A stretch of 64,000 nucleotides of DNA from Octopus vulgaris. Its lineage: Eukaryota. Below are positions 26,584 through 40,606 of the stretch, one piece after another. The notes under the pieces are model-generated. The model ran no database searches. It had not been told where the DNA came from and saw nothing but the letters and a program-made list of their open reading frames with translations. The DNA lies in contig OX597815.1 in the NCBI GenBank assembly GCA_951406725.2, forward strand, positions 199,392,001 to 199,456,000, read 5' to 3'. A program made the translations under genes and the position numbers. Position 1 is the first letter of the stretch; each line of letters opens with the position of its first letter.

Positions 26584-26884
26584 ACCCTTTTCAAGCCTAG
26601 CCAGGCTCATGGGCCCTGTTTCCCGGTTTCTGTGGCGTATGTATTCCCTCCAGCTGGACGGGACGCCAGTCCATCGCAGCGTTACTCAAGAAACAGGAAG
26701 AAAGAGTGAGAGAAAGTTGTGGCGAAAGAGTACCAGAGGGGTCGTCACCACCCCCTGCCGGAGCCTCGTGGAGCTTTTAGGTGTTTTCGCTCAATAAACA
26801 CACACAACGCCCGGGATGAAAACCGATACCGTGATCCTCCGACCGCGAGTCTGCTGCCCTAACCACTGGGTCATTACGCCTGCA
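26584..26884 (-). mobile_element. SINE family C, full length
   Basis: tRNA-like head; body GCGATGGACTGGCGTCCCGTCCAG...CAGAAACCGGG; matches 47008-47774. Confidence 0.85.
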
Positions 26885-27070
26885 CGTCTTAAACTATGAA
26901 CAGTCATTGAATGATGTTTCTGTGTAGATTAGGCGACGATTTAGAAGAACCATTGAAACGTTCGACAATAATGCTTTAGGGCGTTTGTTTCAACATTTTA
27001 CATTGAGAGTACAAAGTCTCACTGAGGTTAAGTTTACATTTCATTGTTTTGAGTTTGATGAAACACAGGA

Positions 27071-27900
27071 TGGAGAGTTGGCAGAATGAGTAGAACGCCG
27101 AAGAAAATTCTTTGCGGTATTTGTTCTAGGCGGCGAGCTGGCAGAAACGTTAGCACACCGGGCGAAATGCTAAGCGGTATTTCGTCTGCCGCTACGTTCT
27201 GAGTTCAAATTCCACCGAGGTTGACTTTGCCTTTTTATACTTTCAGGGTCAATAAATTAAGCACCAGTTACGCACTGGAGTCGATGTAATCGACTTAATA
27301 CCTATGTCTGTCCTTGTTTGTCCCCTCTGTGTTTAGCCCCTTGTGGGTAGTAAACAAATAGGCATTTCGTCTGCCGCTACGTTCTGAGTTCAAATTCCAC
27401 CGAGGTTGACTTTGCCTTTTTATACTTTCAGGGTCAATAAATTAAGCACCAGTTACGCACTGGAGTCGATGTAATCGACTTAATACCTATGTCTGTCCTT
27501 GTTTGCCCCCTCTGTATTTAGCCCCTTGTGGGTAGTAAACAAATAGGCATTTCGTCTGCCGCTACGTTCTGAGTTCAAATTCCACTGAGGTTGACTTTGG
27601 CTTTTTATACTTTCGGGGTCGATTAAATAAGTATCAGTTACGCACTGGGGTCGATATAATCGACTTAATCCGTTTGCCTGTCCTTGTTTGTCCTCTCTAT
27701 GTTTAGCCCCTTGTGGGTAGTAAAGAAATAGATATTTCGTCTGCCGCTACGTTCTTAGTTCAAATTCCGCTGAGGTCGACTTTGCCTTTCATCCTTTCGG
27801 GCTCGATTAAATAAGTACCAGTTACGCACTGGGATCGATATAATCGACTTAATCCCTTTGTCTGTCCTTGTTTGTCCCTTCTGTGTTTAGCCCTTTGTGG
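27071..27900 (+). mobile_element. SINE B 4-unit array following an older SINE B head
   Basis: Old head ends GCGGTATTTGTTCT (27127); new full head starts 27128. Confidence 0.9.
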
Positions 27901-27995
27901 GGAGTCATCCTCTACCTGGAAACCCAACTCGAATGCTTGCAACAGATTAAGGTTCGCTAAAAGAAATCAAGTCGCCAGATGGTAATATTGATTTC

Positions 27996-28573
27996 AAATT
28001 TTGGCACAATGCTAGCATTTGGGGGGAGCGGAGATACGTCGGTTATATCGACCCCACTACTCAACAGTTACTTATTTTATCAACCCCGTAAGGATGAAAA
28101 CCAAAGTCTGCCTCGGCGGAATTTTGAACTCAGAACGTGAAGATGGACGAAATACCTATTTCTTTACTACCCAGAAGGGGCTAAACACAGAGAGGACAAA
28201 CAAGGACAGACAAACGGATTAAGTAGATTACATCGACCCCAGTCCGTCACTGGTACTTAATTTATCGATCCCAAAATGATGAAAGGCAAAGTCAACATCG
28301 GCGGAATTTGAACTAAAATCGTAGAGGCAGACGAACTACCTATTTATTTACTACCCACAAGGGGCTAAACACAGAGGGGACAAACAAGAACAGACACACG
28401 GATTAAGTCGATTATATCGACCCCAGTGCGTAACTGGTACTTATTTCATCGACCCCGAAAGGATGAAAGGCAAAGTCGACCTCGGCGGAATTTGAACTCA
28501 GAACGTAGCGGCAGATGAAATACCACCAAGTATTTCGCCCGGCCTGCTAACAGCTCTTTCAACCGGCCACCTT
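27996..28573 (-). mobile_element. SINE B array (3 units, oldest with variant tail)
   Basis: Reverse-complement units. Confidence 0.85.
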
Positions 28574-28865
28574 GAAAAAATAGTAATATTAAATCGGGTG
28601 ACATATTAATTCGGCCAGGGTGGAATTTGAATTAAGATCTGTGTCAGATACCACCAATCCCACCATCTGTAATTTATATTCTATTTTATTGTGTAGTCCA
28701 AGGTCAGTTCTAGCCGAATAGATACAGATCTATTCGGCTGCATGGTTGGTAAAACGCGTCGGCGTGACCCATGAATTCGTTATTCGTTATACACCGTGCC
28801 TCACATTGCTGACGACTAGACTGCACCCGTGACATGGAGCGATTAACTGCGTGTGTGATGTAGTG

Positions 28866-29304
28866 AAGTGGTGTTCAACCAGGGTTCCGTGGAACCTTAG
28901 GGTTCCGCCAGTACAGTCCAGGGGTTCCGCAAGAAGTTACAAAACTGCTAAAATCGGCAGTAATTTTTAATTCCCCTGCGCAGATATGTGAGCATTAGAC
29001 AATTAAATTATTGCACAGGGGTTCCTCGAGCCAGTGGAATGTTTCCTTGGGGTTCCGCTCCAGCAAAAAGTTTGACAGTCTGGACCAGTGGTTTTTAACC
29101 AGGGTTCCGCGGAACCTTAGGGTTCCACCAGTACAGTCCAGGGGTTCCGCAAGAAGTTACAAAACTGCTAAAATCGGCAGTAATTTTTAATTCTCCTGCG
29201 CAGATATGTGTGCATAAGACAATTAAATTATTGCACAGGGGTTCCTCGAGCCAGTGGAAGGTTTCCTTGGGGTTCCGCTCCAGCAAAAATGTTGAAAAGC
29301 ACTG
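28866..29304. mobile_element. Two adjacent copies of a ~220-bp hAT MITE
   Basis: Second copy 29086-29304: TIR CAGTGGTTTTTAAC/GTTGAAAAGCACTG, 8-bp TSD GTCTGGAC/GTCTGAAC. Confidence 0.85.
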
Positions 29305-29917
29305 GTCTGAACATTGGTTAAAAGGCTTTTTACATCCACGATGAAAACGTTGACAATTTTGTCACTTCCCTATAAAATCTCGACGACGAATTCATCCGAC
29401 GAGCCGTGTATATATTTCTCGCTGGTGAAGTTTCTCTCTATCATTATTATCTCGTTCAATGGTTCTAAGTGGGTGATTCAAAGTAGGAGTGTTAATCTGG
29501 TTCATTGTAGGCTGATGTGGGATTATTTTGTTTCTGACTCATCCCGGTACCATTCAACATATTCAGAGCTTAAACTCGCCTTTGTATCGGAAAAGAATAG
29601 ATCCTGTTTGATCGTTTGTAACAATAATTAATTTATTAAATTTTATTATGCTTAGCTGTGCACCGTTGTCTTTCTTAATTTTGAAGCATTTGCTGATGTC
29701 ATATAATATCATCTTGTTGATTTTCCCTTTTTTTTGTTGTTGTTTCTCTTTTTTCCTCTGTTTCGTTTTGTAATAAATTAGTCTTTGTTCGTTATAATAA
29801 ACACACAACTCTTATTCTTATCGCTTTTACATATTTCAACCTTATCATTATTTTTCAGATCCTACAGAACCAGCTTAAGAACCTTATTAAGCATATAGAC
29901 ATACATACATACATACT

Positions 29918-30006
<89 letters not shown>

Positions 30007-30027
30007 CTGTATGTATGTGTGTATGTA

Positions 30028-30089
<62 letters not shown>

Positions 30090-30133
30090 TGTATGTATGT
30101 ATGCATGCATGTATATATTTCTATATCTATATG

Positions 30134-30197
<64 letters not shown>

Positions 30198-30248
30198 TGT
30201 ATGTATGTATATATATAGTTATTATTATTAGCAGTAATATTATTATTA

Positions 30249-30279
<31 letters not shown>

Positions 30280-30614
30280 GATTATTATTATTATCATCAT
30301 CATATCTCATGGTTATATCTCTGTTTATTGCCTCCGATCCAAAATAAATCTTGCAGTTTGTCATCGATTTTAATTATACTTTTATCACAATTCCAAGAGG
30401 ATGATACCGCACACGCGGATTAAACAAGAAAGTTAGCAGGATTTAACTGCCAAACAATTTTACATTCGGCGATAATAATTTTATCAGTTATAACAGTATT
30501 TACGCAATAATTTGCAACTCTCTGTCACAACATGCCAATAATATGCAACTACCATCATTTTAGTTGGATAGAGTATTTTTTTGATCCCACCAATAACGGA
30601 AAAGTACACTATAT

Positions 30615-31034
30615 ACTCTTACACTTTTACTCTTTTACTTGTTTCAGTCATTTGACTGCGGCTATGCTGGAGCACCGCCTTTAGTCGAGCAAATCGACCC
30701 CGAGACTTATTCTTTTTTTGTAAGCCCAGTACTTATTCTATCGGTCTCTTTTGCCGAACCGCTAAGTGACGGGGACGTAAACACACAAGCATCGGTTGTC
30801 AAGCAATGCTAGGGGGACAAACACAGACACACAAACACACACACACATAAATATATATATATACATATATACGACAGGCTTCTTTCAGTTTCCGTCTACC
30901 AAATCCACTCACAAGGCATTGGTCGGCCCGGGGCTATAGCAGAAGACACTTGCCCAAGATGCCACGCAGTGGGACTGACCCCGGAACCATGTGGTTGCTT
31001 AGCAAGCTACTTACCACACAGCCACTCCTGCGCC
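30615..31034 (-). mobile_element. SINE A, full length
   Basis: Similarity. Confidence 0.9.
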
Positions 31035-31223
31035 TATATATATGTGTTTATATATTTTTTTTCTCTCCTTGTTTCTCTCCTTGTTTTATTTCTGTGTATC
31101 TTTCTGTCAAAGAGAGTAGGCTCGAGACGTAAAAGATTTTTCTATTCCTGAGCGCTATACTAATACATTTGTTTGTTTGTACTCCACCGGCCTTCGTCTT
31201 TTGTTTATTTTCGTAAACTTTCC

Positions 31224-31290
<67 letters not shown>

Positions 31291-31399
31291 GGGATGGCAT
31301 TATTGAAATGCCATCACGAGCGGCAACCGAATTGTCGGCTGTACAGGCAAAATTAATAAAATATATACATACAATATTAGATATTTTTTTATATTTTAT

Positions 31400-31604
31400 T
31401 CCTTTCTGTCATTTGACTGCGGCCATGCTGGAGCACCGCCTTTAGTCGAGCAAATCGACCCCAAGGACTTATTCTTTGTAAGCCTAGTACTTATTTTATC
31501 GGTCTCTTTTTTTGAACAGCTTAGTTACGAGGACGTAAACACACCAGCATCGGTTGTCAAGCGATGTTGGGGAGACAAACACACACACACAAATACAAAC
31601 ACAA

Positions 31605-31644
<40 letters not shown>

Positions 31645-31647
31645 GTA

Positions 31648-31726
<79 letters not shown>

Positions 31727-31889
31727 GAGGGCTTCTTAGAGTTTCCGACTACCAAATCCACTCACAAGGGTTTGGTGGCCTTAGAGGCTATGATAGAAGA
31801 CACTTGCCCAAGGTGCCACGCAGTGGGACTGAACCCTGAATCATGTGGTTTGTAAGCAAGCTACTTACAACACAGCCACTCCTGCACCT
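31400..31889 (-). mobile_element. SINE A, full length
   Basis: Similarity. Confidence 0.9.
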
Positions 31890-32295
31890 ATATATGTACA
31901 TATATACACAAATACCTATATCGCTAAAAATAGAAGTCGAAAAATACATCTGTACCACCGAATAGTCACAAATGTATTACATATATGGTGGTACAGAACT
32001 TCTATTTTTAGTGATATATGTACTCATGTAGTACCCTGGTGTATATATATATATATCTAATATTGTATGTATATTATATAATATATATATTATATATACA
32101 TATAACTAATGTAGGATAAAATGTTTTTCGGGGAAAAAACTTTTATCAATGGCCAGCATATCAAAAAATACCTTAAAAGGTTAAATTTATAAATAATTTA
32201 CAAGATAAGGACAAAAGAAAAATTCTAATGCCAAATATGCCGAAAAAAAGACAAAAATTGTCAATATTGACAATTTTATCTTGTAAATTACACAC

Positions 32296-32400
<105 letters not shown>

Positions 32401-32583
32401 CACATGCACACATATACGTTAAAAGAAATATTCGATTATTTTTCCCGCCAAAACGATCATAAAAATAAGCGGCCAGTGTAGGATTCCACCAAAGGAACTC
32501 TGGATAACATAACTCAGAGATTAGGAAGTCTCCCCAGGTCGAATCACTACTTCAACGCATTGAAGGATCACAGCACTTGTATA

Positions 32584-32816
32584 TATTTCTTTACTACCCA
32601 CAAGGGGCTAAACACAGAGGGGACAAACAAGGACAGACAAAGGGAATAAATCGATTACAACGACCCCAGTGTGTAACTGGTACTTAATTTATCGACCCCG
32701 AAAGGATGAAAAGTAAAGTCGACCTCGGCGGAATTTGAACTTGGAACGTAACAACAGACGAAATACGGCTACGCATTTTGCCTGGCGTGCTAACGTTTCT
32801 GCCAGCTCGCCGCCTA
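32584..32816 (-). mobile_element. SINE B monomer
   Basis: 9-bp TSD ACTTGTATA at 32575-32583 and 32817-32825. Confidence 0.9.
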
Positions 32817-33139
32817 ACTTGTATAACGAACGTGTGAGTAAAATATTCCAGAAAAATATCACCAGACGGATTCTTCATACCGAGCCAACTGGCATTAGAC
32901 CTAGGAGTAGACCAAGAGTGAGGGGATTGGTTAATATTCGTAGTCTGCGATGGTCATACTTAGGAATCCGGCCGAAAAATCTAATTATATTTACTTCTGA
33001 TAAGACTCTATAGAAAGGATTCTAACCCTTCGAAACTCCTCATGAATATTGGAAAGAGATGGATGGATGGCTAGATGGATGTGTGTGTGTCTGTGTGTTT
33101 ATGCATGTATGTGCCTGTATTTATGTATGTGTATAACCA

Positions 33140-33293
33140 CGCAGGCTGTGTGGTAAGAAGTTTTGCTTCCCAACCACATGGTACTGGGTTCAATCCAACA
33201 GCGTGACACTAGGGCAAGTATCTCCTACTGAAGCCTTGGGCCGACAAAAGCCTTGTAATATTAGTCAATAACTGAAAGAAGCCTGTCGTATAT

Positions 33294-33366
<73 letters not shown>

Positions 33367-33965
33367 TATATTATACTATATGTAGAAAAATACAAACTGG
33401 GACAAGAACGTAAAACATTTAGAAGACAATACAAAAAACACGGACGGGACATTCGAAGCCTTCAATCTTCAGTCAAGAACCGGATCATCCTAGCAATTTC
33501 GGCTGATTAATCTTGAGATCGCTCCGATCCGGCCAGCCCCAAGGAAAATCTAATCTACGAGCATTAGATTTCTTGGAAGAAGGATCGAATGTATACAAAA
33601 CAGGGACAGAAAAACGGACGATGCCACACGAATATAAAATACAAAAAACAATAATGGTAAAAACAGGACAAAAACAGTGTGTGTCTTACGACTAATAAAC
33701 AGTACAACAAGTTTAGCTGGCGTATTTTGAAAAATGCCTTTATCGGCAGACGAAGACAAAAGATGTTCTCACGGGAGTGGTCGGAGGCCATCTTTGTTTG
33801 TCCCACACACACCGCTGGACAATTAGTGCTTGGGGAGTTTACGACCCCGTAACTTAGCTGTTCGGAAAAATTGACCGATAGAATAAGTACAAGCCTTACC
33901 AAAAAACAATAAGGACTAGAATCAATTCGTTTGATTAAGATTCTTTAAGGTGATGCCCCAGCATG
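33140..33965 (+). mobile_element. Old SINE A split by a ~400-bp insertion in its (TA)n tract
   Basis: Head 33140-33290, insert ~33380-33790 (start shared with 61490-61605), tail 33790-33965. Confidence 0.7.
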
Positions 33966-33982
33966 AAGTGAAAGGTATACAC

Positions 33983-34029
<47 letters not shown>

Positions 34030-34030
<1 letters not shown>

Positions 34031-34215
34031 CGTTAGCTCCTACACGCATATTTTTCTCTCCTTGTTTCTTTTTTGTGTATCTTTCTGTCGAAGAGCGTAG
34101 GCTCGAAACGTAAAAGACTTGTTCTATTTCTATTCCTGAGCGCTATACTAATACATTTGTTTGTTTGTACTCCACCTGCCTTCGTCTTTTGTTTATTTTC
34201 GTAAACTTTCCCGTT
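34030..34215 (+). mobile_element. TA-embedded mini-element with hammerhead-like fold (34080-34117)
   Basis: UCUUU-CUGUCGA-A-GAGC(guag)GCUC-GAAA-CG-UA|AAAGA; near copy at 31050-31225. Confidence 0.7.
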
Positions 34216-34237
34216 ATATATATATGCACATACATAC

Positions 34238-34760
<523 letters not shown>

Positions 34761-35006
34761 TAATAAATAAAACATATGCATATATATAAACATATATGTA
34801 CGTACCTACCTCTACATGTACATATACACGCATATATGAGTACAGGACACCAAAAAAACGTCGAACACAATGAGAAACGAAAACATAAACACAAACCCAA
34901 GGAACTGGACATTTTTCTTAAACAACAAAAAAATAGAGTACAGGACAAATAACACATGGAAAAAACCCCTTCTTCAGTCGCCATGGTTTCATCTACTCTA
35001 CGTTTC

Positions 35007-35085
<79 letters not shown>

Positions 35086-35390
35086 CAATATACTACACAC
35101 ACACACTCACACATGCACACGCGTGAGTGTGTGGCATCTATGTGTAAGTGCATTGGCCACGTAAAAAGGAAATGACGCGTTTTGAGAGGAGAATCAAAAC
35201 CGGATTGTTAAACCGTGGCCATCACTCGGAAATAAAACAAAACAATGCAGAAAGAGAAAGACAGGAAATAAAAAAGGAGAATGCTTTATTTATTATTTCA
35301 ATAATGATTTCTTTTTATAGGAAATATAAGAGTTATGACTTCATTCTCAAGTGTAGGGCAATTTCGTGATCATCGTAGGCGCATTGAGAG

Positions 35391-35416
35391 AGTAGTAGTA
35401 GTAGTAGTGGTGGTGT

Positions 35417-35469
<53 letters not shown>

Positions 35470-35698
35470 CTGCTGCTGCTGCTGGTGGCGGTAGTAGCGG
35501 TGGCGGTAGTGGCGGTGGCGGTAGTGGCGGTGGCGGTAGTGGCGGTGGTGGTAGTGGCGGCGGTGGTGGTGGTGGCGACAACAGCAGCAACAGTAGTAGT
35601 AGTAGTAGCAGCAGCAATAGTAGTAGTAGTAGTTGTAGTAGTTGTAGTAGTGGTGGTGGTAGTGGTGGTGGTGGTGGTAGTAGTAATAGTAGTAGTAA

Positions 35699-35731
<33 letters not shown>

Positions 35732-35792
35732 CCGTAGTAGCCGTAGTAGTGGTAGTAGTAGTAGTAGCAGCAGCAGCAGTAGTAGTAGTAGT
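35391..35792. repeat. Compound trinucleotide tract (AGT/GGT/GGC/AGC)n
   Basis: Direct reading. Confidence 0.95.
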
Positions 35793-36094
35793 GGGGGGGG
35801 GGGGAGAAAGAAGAGAAGAAAGACGTGGAGGAGCAGCATGAGGATGAGGATGAGGAGGAGGAAAAGGAGGAGGGAGCAGGAGCAAAGTAACAACAGCAGT
35901 GGCGGCGCGGCGGCGAAGGAATGGTGAGAAAGGAGAGTAAGTGCCACAGATGTGGAAAGTGATAATAAGATAGCGAAATAAGTAAGAAGAGGAGGGGAAA
36001 ACGCTTGTGCCGGTTTAAACTGGATTGTGGTTAATCCGGTGCTTAACAACAAAGGCTTAAAAACGCAACAGGAACAACAATAAACAGATGTCAG

Positions 36095-36319
36095 TAACTC
36101 TCTCTCTTATACTCTCTGTTACTTGCTTCAGTCATTTTGACTGCGGCCATGCTGGAGCACCACCTTTTTAGTCGAGCAACTCGACCCCGGGATTTATTCT
36201 TTGTAAGTCCAGTACTTATTCTATCGGTCTCTTTTTGCGGAACCGCTAATGTTACGGGGACATAAACAAACCAGCATCGGTTGTCAAGCAATACTAGGGG
36301 GACAAACACAGACACACAA

Positions 36320-36350
<31 letters not shown>

Positions 36351-36523
36351 CATATATACGACGGGCTTCTTTTCAGTTTCCGTCTACCAAATCCACTCTC
36401 AAGGCTTTGGTCGGCCCGAGGCTATAGTAGAAGACACTTGCCCAAGGTGCCACGCAGTGGGACTGAACCCGGAACCATGTGGTTGGTAAGCAAGCTACTT
36501 ACCACACAGCCACTCCTGCGCCT
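36095..36523 (-). mobile_element. SINE A, full length
   Basis: Similarity. Confidence 0.9.
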
Positions 36524-36671
36524 ATACCAAAGCGTTTTTAGAACAAAGTGAACCGGGATTTTTGGGGGTTTTTTTCTTTGTTTTTTGGTGGCGGGATTTT
36601 CTTTTAGTGATGTTTCTCTACCGCTGGGATATTCACTATTTTCGGAAAGAACAGTGACACCTGAACCGGTA

Positions 36672-37450
36672 TGAGCTGGTAGAAATGTTAACACGCCGGG
36701 CGAAAAGCTTAGCGGTCCTTCGTATGCCGTTACGTCCTGAGTTCAAATTCCGCCGAGGTCGACTTTGCCTTTCATCCTTTCGTGGTCGATAAATTAAGTA
36801 CCAGTTACGCACTGGGGTCAATATAATCGACTTAATCCCTTTGTCTGTCCTTGCTTGTCCTGTCCGTATTTAGCCCCTTGTGGGTAGTAAAGAAATAGGT
36901 ATTTCGTCTGCCGTTACATTCCGAGTTCAAATTCCGCCGAGGTCGACTTTGCCTTTCATCCTTTCGGGGTCGATAAATTAAGTACCAGTTACGCACTGGG
37001 GTCAATATAATCGACTTAATCCGTATGCCTGTCCTTGTTTGTCCTCTCTGTATTTAGCTCCTTGTGGGTAGTAAAGAAATAGGTATTTCGTCTGCCGTTA
37101 CATTCCGAGTTCAAATTCCGCCGAGGTCGACTTTGCCTTTCATCCTTTCGGGGTCGATAAATTAAGTACCAGTTACGCACTGGGGTCAATATAATCGACT
37201 TAATCCCTTTGTCTGTCCTTGCTTGTCCTGTCCGTATTTAGCCCCTTGTGGGTAGTAAAGAAATAGGTATTTCGTCTGCCGTTACGTTCTAAGTTCAAAT
37301 TCCGCCGCGGTCGACTTTGCCTTTCATCCTTTCGGGGTCGATAAATTAAGTACCAGTTACGCACTGGGGTCAATGTAATCGACTTAATCCGTATGTCTGT
37401 CCTTGTTTGTCCTCTCTGTATTTAGCCCCTTGTGGGCAATAAAGAAATAG
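36672..37450 (+). mobile_element. SINE B 4-unit array
   Basis: Units restart at GGTATTTCGTCTG. Confidence 0.9.
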
Positions 37451-37516
37451 GTAACATGCTATATTTGGTGACCCCACAGTTTGACATCAGATGTGCTATG
37501 TAACCATGTGTTACGT

Positions 37517-37795
37517 CAGTGGTTCTCAGCCGAAGTCCATACGGCCACTGAGAAGCTATATGAGATCTTTGGGGAGCCACGCAAACAAAATAGTAATTTC
37601 GGGATCCACAATACTATTTTACGGGTCTCCTGACAAAAATTATTTTGGTTTAGATTTATGTATTGGTACGTATTGCAAGAAACAACCAGGTTTCTAGCAT
37701 TTTACATAGTTCAATCTCCACAAGTTATTGGGTGAAAAACAAATAGGAATTTTGAAAGAAGTTTCTGCAAAACAAAAGGTGGTTGGGAACCCCTG
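37517..37795. mobile_element. hAT-type MITE (degenerate)
   Basis: CAGTGGTTCTCAGCC / GGTTGGGAACCCCTG termini; flanks TGTTACGT/GGTTATGT (6/8). Confidence 0.65.
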
Positions 37796-37876
37796 GGTTA
37801 TGTACATAACTCTCAAGTAACCCCCAGTTCATGCAGCTCTTCGTATACATAGGTATGGCAGATTAGAGTCAATTGG

Positions 37877-38294
37877 AAGGCGGCGAGCTGGCAGAAACGT
37901 TAGCACGCCGGGCGAAATGCGTAGCCGTATTACGTCTGCCGTTACGTTCTGAGTTCAGGTTCCACCGAGGTCGACTTTGCCTTTCATCCGTTCGGGGTTG
38001 ATTAAATAAGTACCAGTTACGCTCTGGTGTCAATCTAATCGACTTAATCCGTTTGTCTGTCCTTGTTTCTCTTCTCTGTGTTTAGCCCCTTGCGGGTAGT
38101 AAAGAAATTGGTATTTCGTCTATCTTTACGTTCTGCGTTCAAATTCAGCCGAGGTCGACTTTAAATTTCATCCTTTCAGGATCGATAAATTAAGTACCAG
38201 TTGCGTACTGGGGTCGAACTAATCGACTTAATCCGTTTGTCTGTATTTATTTTTCCCCTCTGTGTGTAGCCCCTTGTGGGCAGTAAAGAAATAG
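37877..38294 (+). mobile_element. SINE B, 2 units
   Basis: TSD GATTAG(A/T)GTCAATT at 37861-37874 and 38295-38308. Confidence 0.9.
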
Positions 38295-38554
38295 GATTAG
38301 TGTCAATTCATAGCTGTAGACGAACAAGAGCCTTGTTCTTGCTGTTGTTGCTGTCTAGCCCCAGTTCATTCTCGAACGAACAGATCAATACTCTTCCTAA
38401 TTTTGGCAGAAGGCAAGCAACTTGGACCCGTAAAGTACTGGTACTTTATTTCATCGACCCCGAAAGAATAAAAGGCAGTGTTGACCTTGGCAGCATTTAA
38501 CACTCAAAGAGCCGGAAGAAATATTGCGAGCATTTTGTCCGACGTGCTAACGAC

Positions 38555-39381
38555 TCTTTTGTACTCTAAGCACAAGGCCCGAAATTTTGGGGGAGTGGGG
38601 CCAGTCGATTAGATTGGCACCAGTACGCAACTGGTACTTAATAAAAGCGACGAGCTGGCAGAAACGTTAGCACGCCGGGCGAAATACGTAGCCGTATGTC
38701 GTCTGCCGTTACGTAGTGAGTTCAAATTCCGCCGAGGTCGACTTTGCCTTTCATCCTTTCGGGATCAATTAAATAAGTACCAGTTACGCACTGGGTCGAT
38801 GTAATCAACTTAATCCCTTTGTCCGTCCTTGTTTGTCCTGTCTATGTTTAGCTCCTTGTGGGTAATAAATAAAAAAAAATGGTACTTAATTTATCGACCC
38901 CGAAAGGATGAAAGACAAAGTCGACCTCAGCGGAATTTGAACTCAGGACGTAATGACAGACGAAATACCTATTTCTTTACTACCCACAAGGGGCTAAACA
39001 CAGAGAGGACGAACAAGGACAGACAAACGGATTAAGTCGATCATATCGACCCCAGTGCGTAACTGTACTTATTTAATCGACCCCGAAAGGATGAAAGGCA
39101 AAGTCGACCTCGGCGGAATTTGAACTCAGAACGTAACAGCAGACGAAATATCTATTTCTTTATTACCCACAAGGGGCTAAACATAGAGGGGACAGACATG
39201 GACAGACATAGGTATTAAGTCGATTACATCGACCCCAGTGCGTAACTGGTACTTAATTTATCGACCCCGAAAGGATGAAAGGCAAAGTCGACCTCGGTGG
39301 AATTTGAACTCGGAACGTAAAGACAGACGAAATACCGCTAATCATTTCGCCCGGCGTGCTAACGATTTTACCAGCTCTCCG
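38555..39381 (-). mobile_element. SINE B array (minus) interrupted by a plus-strand SINE B at 38643-38879
   Basis: 11-bp TSD TGGTACTTAAT at 38632-38642 and 38880-38890. Confidence 0.85.
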
Positions 39382-39555
39382 GTTTGAGCCAATCAGTAAC
39401 GGTTTCAAATTTTGGCACAATTTTATATGAGAGAGAGAGTCAATTATTTCGACCTCAGTGCTCAACTAGTCCTTATTTTATCGACTTCTTCGTAAGAATG
39501 AAAGGCAAAGCCAACCTTGACGGAATTTGAACTCAGAACAGATGCTGTTATACAT

Positions 39556-39780
39556 CACTGGCCACAATACGCTTTGCATCGTTTGTAGAATGCCACCCCA
39601 CTGGCTAAGCAAGCAGTCCAACATTCCTCCCGATTGGAAGATTAATCCGTCACATGGCTGAGTGAATTGAAGCAACATGAAATGAAGTGTTTTGCTCAAG
39701 AACACAACGTGCTACCCTATCAAAGAATCGAACCCATAATCGCGAGATCGTGAGTGCAATACCTTAGCCACTGGGCCACG
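39556..39780 (-). mobile_element. Old tRNA-headed CORE-like SINE
   Basis: Minus GTGGCCCAGTGG...GGTTCGATTC...TGTGTTCTTGAGCAAAACACTT...CACTCAGC. Confidence 0.65.
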
Positions 39781-40061
39781 AATAACTTGAGAAAGATATC
39801 ACAGCAAATTTTAACAGATTGTAAAATATATAAAGGCTTTTCACCCACCGTTTGCTCAAGTGACGGTACGTTTAAATTTCCAACTTATTTGATTTTGTAT
39901 TTTAGAGTACTGACTTTAATTTCAATCAGTAATTTACAACTTGGAACACGAAGGAGATCATTTCACCGTTATTTCTAACTACCGAGAGACCACGTACAGG
40001 TCAACTTGTACGTTCTAACATCGGCGCAGTAAAATTTATACTTGTTTTGATTTTATTATTG

Positions 40062-40339
40062 CCGTGGTTCCCAAAGTGGGCGTTATTGCTCTCCTGGTGG
40101 TGGTGGAAAATTCCAAGGGGGGTCGTTGAAGAAAAGTGGTGCGATAATGGGGTAGCGATTCATGCAAAAAACAACAAAATAATAGGTTTATTAGGTTAAG
40201 TTTTATTTGTGAAATACACTTGCTTTGAATTTGCTTCAGAAAGGGGTCTATGTTTGTGATGGTTAGTTGGGGTAGAGGCGCTTGGAATGTGGCCTGGGTC
40301 TCAAGGGGGCGGCAGCCCGAAAAGGTTTGGAAACGACTG
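40062..40339. mobile_element. hAT-type MITE (degenerate)
   Basis: CCGTGGTTCCCAAA / TTTGGAAACGACTG termini; TSD not clear. Confidence 0.55.
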
Positions 40340-40408
40340 TAAGGCTTACAGTACTGACCTCACTTCTTACTGCAGATACAGTTTTGAACAGAAGGTATTC
40401 CATCGAGT

Positions 40409-40606
40409 AAAGGCGGCGAGCTGGCAGAATCGTTAGCACGCTGGGCGAAATGCGTAGCCGTATTTCGTCTGCCGTTACATTCTGAGTTCAAATTCCGCCG
40501 AGGTCGACTGGGTTACGCACTGAGGTCGATATAATCGACTTAATCCGTGTGTCTGACCTTGTTTGTCCTCTCAGTGTTTAGCCCCTTGTGGGTAGTAAAG
40601 AAATAG
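40409..40606 (+). mobile_element. SINE B monomer with internal deletion
   Basis: 16-bp TSD AGGTATTCCATCGAGT at 40393-40408 and 40605-40620. Confidence 0.9.

Noticed and set aside
33440-33520. Minus-strand CUGAAGA and GAAA motifs as a ribozyme
   Set aside because: Could not build consistent stems I and III by eye.
35333-36052. Poly-T/V/L ORFs as a mucin-like protein
   Set aside because: Trinucleotide tract open in several frames; no splice or flanking coding support.
36249-36551. Recurrent peptide [28 protein letters not shown] as a gene family
   Set aside because: It is the antisense translation of the SINE A head.
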